Assembly: GCA_965644315.1 (NCBI GenBank)
Contig: CBFFRQ010000088.1
Location: forward strand, 1-64,000
Length of the DNA stretch: 64,000 nucleotides
Source of the DNA: Caecitellus pseudoparvulus
Taxonomy: Eukaryota; Protista; Bigyra: Bicosoecida
Direction: 5' to 3'
Below, in pieces: positions 57,328 through 64,000 of this stretch. The translations under genes were made by a program, and so were the position numbers. How positions within the stretch are numbered: the first letter of the stretch is position 1; each line of letters begins with the position of its first letter. The notes beneath the pieces are model-generated. The model did not search any database. It saw only the letters and a list, made by a program, of their open reading frames with translations, and was not told the origin of the DNA.

Positions 57328-59815
57328 ATGGCCGACCTTGCGGCGGCCTTGGCCAAGGCCCGCGCCATTGCAGCCAACATCAAGGCTGGAAAGGGTGCAT
57401 CTGCCCCGGTTCCCGATGCCACATCGGCGGCACCTCCCGCGGCGGGCGCCGCTGGCAGCGACCCAGCTGCCATTGCAGCAGCTCGGGCTCAGGCTATTGC
57501 CGCTTCGCTTGGAGGTGAGTTCTGCAAGGCAGCTGGAGAGCTGCGCGACGAGGCGGAGGCTGCTGGCGTGCAGTGCGCGCTTTCTTCCCGCTACCCCGCT
57601 CGCACTCTCGTGTGGGGCCCGCCGCAGGCATCAAGCGCCCTCGCTCCTTTGCTGGCGACGAGGCGTCGGCCAAGCGCAAGCGGGTGTACGTGCCCGACGA
57701 GTACGGCGTGAACTGGAAAGGTAAGCCGCTGCCTGTGCCACCCTGCTTGCGGGTGGCACATTGCTGCCCCTTGGCGTGTGCTGTGCAGGGCTGTTGCTGG
57801 GGCAGGGCGGCGTGCACCAGAAGCACCTGGAGACCAAGACTGGCTGCCGCATCATGCTGCGTGGCGCTGGCACGTCGCGCGCTGGCGACCTGCCCTCGCC
57901 GGAGGACAGCGAGCCGCTGCACGTCGTCATCGTGGGGCATGACGACGCCGCCATGGCCCAGGCAGAGGAGCTGGTGCGGGACATCTTCGTGAACAAGAAC
58001 CAGGCCAAGGTGGTAGTGGAGTCGGGCGGCTCCTCCTTCGTCCCCGGTGGCGGGGGGGGCTACGCCGGCTCAGGCACGAACAACACGCCCCTGGGCGGCG
58101 GCACGCCCGGAGCGTCAGGTGCGCCCATCATGCCTGGCCTGGCACTCGTGCCGGCTGGTGGCACGCAGGAGCAGCTGGAGGTGCAGGCGGGGCAGGTGGG
58201 CCTCATCATCGGCCGGGGCGGTGAGCGCATCTCACAGCTGGAGGCCAGCACCCAGTGCCGCATCCAGCTGCAGCGGGATACGGACGTCCCCCCCGGCGCC
58301 CCCGTCCGCATCTGCGTCTTGACGGGCATGCCGGAGTCAGTGGCACAGGCCAAGGCAGCCATCACGCAGCTCCTGGCAGCCGACTCAGCCGCCAGCGGCG
58401 GGGCTGTGGCGGGGGATCCCCGTCCGGCAGGCTCCTTCGCCGCCCAGATCCACGTCCCAGACGGCTCCGTGGGCATGGTCATCGGCCGGGGCGGCTCCAA
58501 TGTGAATGACATCCAGCGCCGCACAGGCACGCACGTGCAGATCCCCAAGGAGCTGGACCCTGCCATGCCCGGCCACCGCCTAGTGGTCGTGACTGGCCCC
58601 TCGCAGGAGGCCTGTGACACCGCCCGTGCTGAGATCCAGGGACTGCTGGAAGCAGAGGCGCGGGGGGAGCGGCCGACGCTGGGGCAGCCGGCGGCTGGCG
58701 CCCCTCTGGGCCCGCCCATGGCAGGGCACTGGAACGGCGCAGAGTATGTCACGGAGTGCGACGTGCCAGACGACCGCATCGGACCCGTCATCGGGCGGCA
58801 GGGCTCCGCCGTGAAGGACCTGCAGATGCGCACGGGCACCCACATCAACATCCGTGAAGGCTCCGACGCCATGGGCAACCGGCGCATCACCATCCGAGGC
58901 AGCTCGGCTGATGGCGCCGAAGCTGCCAAGAATGAGATTCTGCAGAAGATCGAGAACACGCGCCCCATGGGTGGCTCAGGGCCGAGCGGGGCCAACTCTT
59001 TCCCACAGGGAGCTCCTCAGGGTGGCTTCGGCGGCATGGGCGGATACGGTGCCCAGGGTGGATATGGTGGCATGGGCGGATACGGTGCCCAGGGTGGATA
59101 CGGTGGCATGGGCGGATACGGTGGCCAGGGTGGATACGGTGGCATGGGCGGATACGGTGGCCAGGGTGGATATGGTGGCATGGGCGGATACGGTGCCCAG
59201 GGTGGATATGGTGGCATGGGCGGATACGGTGCCCAGGGTGGATACGGTGGCATGGGCGGATACGGTGCCCAGCCGCAGCAGCAAGCGTATGGTGGCCAGC
59301 AGCAGCCAGTGTACGGAACTCAAGGTGCACAGGCAGCAGCCTCCGCCCCAGCCTCCGCCCAGGGTGCCGCACCTGCTGCAGCCACAAGCCAAGCTGGTGC
59401 AGGGGCCGGCACAGCGCCAGCTGCAAGCGAAGCTGAGGCTCGAAAGGCGTGGATTGAGTACTACAAGCAGTATGGCTATGAATTTGACGAGAAGACACAG
59501 ACGTGGGTGCAGGCAGGGCAAGGCCAGGCCGCTGCGCCAGCTGCCGCCGGCGCCACCAGTGAGGCGCCCGCAGCAGCAGCACCTGCCGACGCTGGTGCCC
59601 CTGCTCCTGCAGCGGCTGGCGAGGGGACTGCGGCAGATGCAGGGGAGGGGGGTGCTGCTGCTGAGGCGGCACCTGAGGCTGCACAGGACGCCGCTGCCAC
59701 GGAAGGCGGCGAGTCCCAGGCTGACGCGGAGCCGGCTGCAGCTGAGGCCACCAGTGCCGAGGCAGAGGGCGGCGACGCTGCTGCTCCAGCTGATCAGCCT
59801 GCCGCTGAGGAGTGA
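57328..59815 (+). CDS. Four-KH-domain nucleic-acid-binding protein (FUBP/KHSRP-like, first KH of SF1/BBP type)
   Basis: GxxG loops in LLLGQGG, GLIIGRGG, GMVIGRGG and GPVIGRQG; C-terminal AWIEYYKQ motif as in FUBPs; two 5' introns. Confidence 0.88.
59021..59272 (+). repeat. Coding tandem repeat, 7 x 36 bp (GGYGGMGGYG[AG]Q)
   Basis: Seven contiguous 36-bp units encoding a Gly/Tyr-rich low-complexity domain. Confidence 0.95.
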
Positions 59816-59833
59816 TGGCAATGCACTGGCGGG

Positions 59834-60950
59834 TCACGGGTGGGGGCGCAGAGCTGCCATGAGCACGGCGCCAGCTGCACTGACGTTGAGCGAGTCAAGG
59901 GTGAACGCAGCGTTGCCGGGAGCCACAGTGCTGCCCTCGCTCCGCTGGCCTGGAGAGATCTGGACAAGCTCATCGCACAGAGCCAGTGTGTCTGACGACA
60001 AACCCGCGCCTTCGTTGCCGAGCACGAGGAGGGAGGGGCTGCTGGCGGGTTGCGCGTGCCGCACGTCGATGGAAGTGGAAGACACAGCAGCGCCCCGAAC
60101 AGCCCAGCCACGAGCTTGCGAAGCACTGAGGAATGCAGGCATGTTCCCTGTCGCAAGCAGCCGTCCAGAGGCCAGCCAGCCCTCCAAGGCGCCGGCAGAA
60201 GCCTGGCTCACAGCTGGCGTGGCGGGTGCCGTGCTGCGTGCCGAGACGACAACGCCGTCCACCCCCTTCGCAGGGCGCCAAGAGGAAACAGTGAGAGTGT
60301 TTCACATTAAACTGGTGTGGGCGCACTCACCATGAATGCAGCAGTGCGCAGCAGGGCTCCCAAGTTCTGCACGTCTTGCACCTGCGCGCGTGGGGCGGCC
60401 GGCGCTGCGTTTCTCCGTGGTGTGGCAGTCCGGGCGAGGCGCCACGCACCGCTTCAAGCACAAGAAGGAAGGGGTGGGAGGCATTTTGCTGTGTGTGCTG
60501 CTCGCCCCAAGGCTGCCAAGCTTCAGCCTCGGCTGGGGCCTCGTCGCCTGCAGGCCGCTTCAGCAGGTGCCAGCCGCCGCTTGGCAGGCTCGCCAAGCAA
60601 GCCGCCCGAGGCAAGCGGCGAGCGCGTCGTTCAGGCACCTCGGCCACAACCCCTTGATGAGCCGCTCCGTTTGGTAGGGTCCGCTCCCATTCACGAAAAG
60701 TCTTGGAGAGCGTCACTGCAGCGCCTGCCGCTCGAGCTTCAGCCATGAGCAGCTTCATGCGCGGGGAGCTCGCAGACCGAGCGCTGATGGTGACTGAGTG
60801 AGGCGTGCGGAAGCCGTACTTAAGCGCTGCTGACACTGGATGTATGCCATGCAACAGCTCTGTCTTGCCTCGGGAAGGCGCAGCAGCCTTTGCAAAACTC
60901 CGCGACAGGTGCGGAAAATGGCCAGCTGCAGCAGCATGTGTGCAGGCCAT
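59834..60950 (-). CDS. SpoU/TrmH-family rRNA 2'-O-methyltransferase (MRM1/RlmB-like, probably mitochondrial)
   Basis: ELLHGIHPV, HQGVVA, spliced VQDVQNLGALLRTA, LVLGNEGAGL and DSLNVSAA. Two introns. Confidence 0.9.
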
Positions 60951-61135
60951 GATGCCGGCTTAGCAATTCAGTCAGAGCCGTGAATGACCAGGCGTGCCAC
61001 CTACGTCCTTTGTCTTGCACTAGAGTGATGCATTTATGGCTGGGTCTGTTCTGCCTTGCGGTCCTTGGCTGCTGAGTGGTTTTGCGCCTTTGAGCTGCAG
61101 GGTAGGCCCAGAGCCACGGCGCCTGCACCAGTGGC

Positions 61136-64000
61136 ATGTCAAGCCAGGGCGCCATTGCTGTGATCTCCCACCTCAATGAGCTGCATGAATGCGTCCATGA
61201 GTGCATTGTGTCCCGGGCTGGGCCCGCAGCCTTCGACAAGGCCGGAGAGACGCTCAAGGAATTGACTGCGCAGATGCTCCGGACACAGGACCCTGCCGCT
61301 GTGTCCAGGTGGTCTGACTTCGTCTGGGAGTCTTTGGAAGACCCCAAGCACTGCACGCTCTTGTTTCGAGACGCCAAACTCTTGCTTGTCCTGCTGCGTG
61401 CGGCAGCTGCGACGGCCCACGTCGAGGGCGTGAACGAAACGCAGGCGAAACGAGGCGGGCTCCTCGCAGCGGCCCTGGCTGGCATGCTCGTGTCAAAGGA
61501 CTCTGATCTGGGGGAGGCCGTGATGCTCGATGTTTGCTTTCTGGGTGTGGACGCCCTGGACTTGGCCCTCGCGCAAGTGGCTGAATCTGTGGACGCAGCA
61601 GACCTCTTCCCCATCCGGCTGGGCTCATTTGAGGCCTTGACGGCGGCACTGTCGCCGCCTGGCTCCCCTGCCGGCATGACCCAGCTGGCGTACTATGATG
61701 GGACAGCAGTGTGCCGAACATGCGTCTGCGTGGCTGCTTGCTTGGCTTCCATTCCCGCGCACTGCCTGTGGCGCCTGCCCGCCGAAGCCATCTCCGATGT
61801 CGTTTCAACGCTGGGAAGCCTGTTGATGGCAGACGCCGGCACCGAGAGCCTGCACAGTGGCACCTGGGCGTCTTTACTTGAGTTCTTTTCGTCTCTCGTG
61901 CTGGGCAGCCCCTCCCTCTCCGCGGAGCTGGATGTCCCCGCTCGTCTGCGGACTCTGTCCAGGGGACCTTGGACTGCTCGCGCAGATGAGCTGGCTGCGA
62001 CGCTTGCTGCAAGCGCGCGCGACCACGTGGAGCTGTCTGTAGGCTGCCCCTCCTCACCCCTGCTGGATGGCCGCGCCCCCCCCGCCATGGGACGCAGCAC
62101 CGCCAAGTCCCTGGCCCTTGGCCTCCTCTCCTGCTGCGCGGCGCCGCACGCGCCTCAGTGCAGGGCCGAGGCGGAGCAGCTGCTGCCCTGCATCATGCAG
62201 CACTTCCCGGGCCTCGCAGGGGGACTTGCCCAGGCGGCGTGTGACCTGCTCGTGGACGAGGCTTGTGCAGGGGTCGTCTGCGCGGTGTTCAGTGCTGCGC
62301 TGCGAGCGGCTCCCGCTGCCTTTGCGGCAGGCGCTGCGGCAGCTGTTGTGGCCCAGGCAGCAGATGCACCTTGTCAACCCCACGTCCCTGCAACTGACTC
62401 AGGCGTGGCGCTGGCGGTGGCGTACTTGTGCAGCGCTGCGTTGTCCTGGGGTGGCGCCTTGCCCATGGAGGGCTCCTCTGCCTTGGCAGGTGTGTGGGAC
62501 GCAGCCGAGCAGGGTGAGGCGTGGCGCGCCATGCTGGGAGAGGGCCCTGCTGGAGAGCCATGGTCTTGGTTGCGCGAGGCACTGTCAGGAGCCACTGCCC
62601 AGTCGATGCAGGCCTTCCGCAAGCGCAGTCCACCTGAAGCTGCCGGGCTTACCGCTTGCTGCGTCGTGGCAGCCCTGTTGAAGGAAGCAGTGCCGGCTGG
62701 AACAGCGACTGCCCTGGAAGCCTTCATGCAGATGTTCTGCGTTCGTGCGGCAGGCATGGCGCGAGACCTCCTGCACAGCTTTTGCTCCGCTGGCCTGCCC
62801 GTCAGCGAAGTGTTCAGCAGCTCACAGGCAGTCACGGCCAAGTGTGTCTTGTGTGCCCTGGAGCTCTCACAGCTGCTCTTCGACACCTTCCCTTCCCATA
62901 AGCTCAGGAGACTTGTGAACGGGTGCGTAGCAGTCGCCATTTTGCTGCTGGGGGGTAGCTGCCGTGCTTCTGCAGAGGGCTCACCAGGGCTTTCCTGCGA
63001 GGCTTGGCGCCCACGCTTGCCACACCCTGGTGAGCACGTCCCGCATCAGCAAAGGCCTGCTGCTCAATGTTCCTCCATCCAGCTGGGTGCGTTGAACTGC
63101 ATGTCCCCACCAGAGTGTGGCGCACGCCTTGCGCTGGAGGTCTTGTCGCGGCACTTGCCCAGTATCCTCACCGACACTGTCAAGGTGCACGCGCACGGCC
63201 TGACGTTCTTGCGCATGGGGCTCATTGACGCTGCCCGGGCAGTGGGATCTCCCGGAGACTCTCTGGCAGGTGTCCCACAGTCACTGGATCCCGCTGCCCT
63301 GCCCCCCTTCAGAGACATGCTCTCCATGATCCTGGTGTACGCTGCTCACGGAATCGCGTCGCACGAGGGCGCGTCGACACCTTGGCGGGTCGGGACCCTG
63401 CACGAAGCTCTTGGTCGGCTTTGTGGGCGGCTGTTTGAAGGCCTGCTCGACGTGTACCTGGTGGAAGACGGCCCCAAGTCGCTGGAGGCGACCATGCTGT
63501 CCCTGCTCTCCTCGAAGGAAGAGGCGCTGGTGGACTTGGCAGGGCGCATCGCTGAGCTATGTGAAGCTGGCGGCTGCATCCTGAACGGCATGCCCACTGG
63601 TGGTGAGCACGTGGAAGGCATCAAGCGCGCAGCAGCTGCTGAAGTCTTCAGCTGGCGCACGGAGGTGGTGCACAGCCATATCAGGAGCTGCACAGGCATA
63701 CTAAAAGATTCCGTCTCCCAGTTCCTCTCAGCCCACGCAGGCTTTGTTGGCAGCCTGTGCCTTGCTTGTCCGCACCTGCTGCAAGGCGACGGAGTGGCGA
63801 GCTTGAGCCAAGCAGCAGCAGAACTAGGGGCCGCTCTCAGGGACTCGGCACTGCAGTACCTGCACTTGAGCTCACTCAACGCGCAGCGCTCGGTGCTCGT
63901 CGCCAGCCCTGTGTCTGCGCACAGAGCTGTCTGTGCAAGTCGTGCTTCCGCACCGCCTGCCATCAGCAAGCCTTCGCGCAAACGCGGACGGTCAAGCGCA
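61136..64000 (+). CDS. Large Leu/Ala-rich helical (HEAT-like) protein, partial; runs off the window end
   Basis: ATG 61136 opens MSSQGAIAVISHLNELHECV..., which appears to stay open to the window end (not in the ORF track, presumably because no stop is present). Family not identified. Confidence 0.55.
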   Translation, partial: MSSQGAIAVISHLNELHECVHECIVSRAGPAAFDKAGETLKELTAQMLRTQDPAAVSRWSDFVWESLEDPKHCTLLFRDAKLLLVLLRAAAATAHVEGVNETQAKRGGLLAAALAGMLVSKDSDLGEAVMLDVCFLGVDALDLALAQVAESVDAADLFPIRLGSFEALTAALSPPGSPAGMTQLAYYDGTAVCRTCVCVAACLASIPAHCLWRLPAEAISDVVSTLGSLLMADAGTESLHSGTWASLLEFFSSLVLGSPSLSAELDVPARLRTLSRGPWTARADELAATLAASARDHVELSVGCPSSPLLDGRAPPAMGRSTAKSLALGLLSCCAAPHAPQCRAEAEQLLPCIMQHFPGLAGGLAQAACDLLVDEACAGVVCAVFSAALRAAPAAFAAGAAAAVVAQAADAPCQPHVPATDSGVALAVAYLCSAALSWGGALPMEGSSALAGVWDAAEQGEAWRAMLGEGPAGEPWSWLREALSGATAQSMQAFRKRSPPEAAGLTACCVVAALLKEAVPAGTATALEAFMQMFCVRAAGMARDLLHSFCSAGLPVSEVFSSSQAVTAKCVLCALELSQLLFDTFPSHKLRRLVNGCVAVAILLLGGSCRASAEGSPGLSCEAWRPRLPHPGEHVPHQQRPAAQCSSIQLGALNCMSPPECGARLALEVLSRHLPSILTDTVKVHAHGLTFLRMGLIDAARAVGSPGDSLAGVPQSLDPAALPPFRDMLSMILVYAAHGIASHEGASTPWRVGTLHEALGRLCGRLFEGLLDVYLVEDGPKSLEATMLSLLSSKEEALVDLAGRIAELCEAGGCILNGMPTGGEHVEGIKRAAAAEVFSWRTEVVHSHIRSCTGILKDSVSQFLSAHAGFVGSLCLACPHLLQGDGVASLSQAAAELGAALRDSALQYLHLSSLNAQRSVLVASPVSAHRAVCASRASAPPAISKPSRKRGRSSA

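Noticed and set aside
61136-64000. Naming the terminal partial ORF as an ATR/PIKK kinase
   Set aside because: Only a generic helical composition is visible; no diagnostic domain lies in the window.
1-64000. tRNA, rRNA or prokaryotic operon features
   Set aside because: None recognised by eye. Intergenic spaces are very short and spliceosomal introns show the DNA is eukaryotic. A tRNAscan/Infernal run would be needed to exclude small RNAs.

Overview
Gene-dense, GC-rich eukaryotic DNA with short GT-AG introns (mostly 65-95 nt). The gene content (centrin, C2CD3-like, PIH1D2, animal-type ferrochelatase, PTEN-formin) suggests a heterotrophic flagellate protist, possibly a stramenopile; this is inference. 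Bases 1-5004 are an almost complete, lower-GC PIF/Harbinger DNA transposon with a DDE transposase, a convergent spliced ORF2, TIRs and a CAG target site. It has inserted into, and truncated, the membrane domain of a ~2400-aa RCC1/IPT-TIG multi-pass receptor-like gene. About 21 further host genes follow, mostly alternating head-to-head and tail-to-tail: centrin-3-like, CRT-like transporter, PIH1D2, ferrochelatase, coiled-coil protein, RbfA, RAP-domain protein, a cytidine-deaminase fusion, PTEN-UBA-FH2 formin, SelJ/J1-crystallin-like ADP-ribosylhydrolase, prohibitin-2, MINDY-4-like deubiquitinase, ORC5, C2CD3-like, NDUFB11, KH-domain protein, SpoU methyltransferase and several hypotheticals. The most notable observations are: (1) a deaminase whose N-terminal domain has a CARF-like pattern; (2) a recurrent, near-palindromic (C)AATGCA(YT) motif just after stop codons, a candidate bidirectional polyadenylation signal; (3) a formin with an intact CX5R phosphatase motif and 8 tandem 23-aa repeats in place of FH1; (4) the gene-disrupting Harbinger insertion. 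All family assignments come from recognising motifs by eye; no searches were run.
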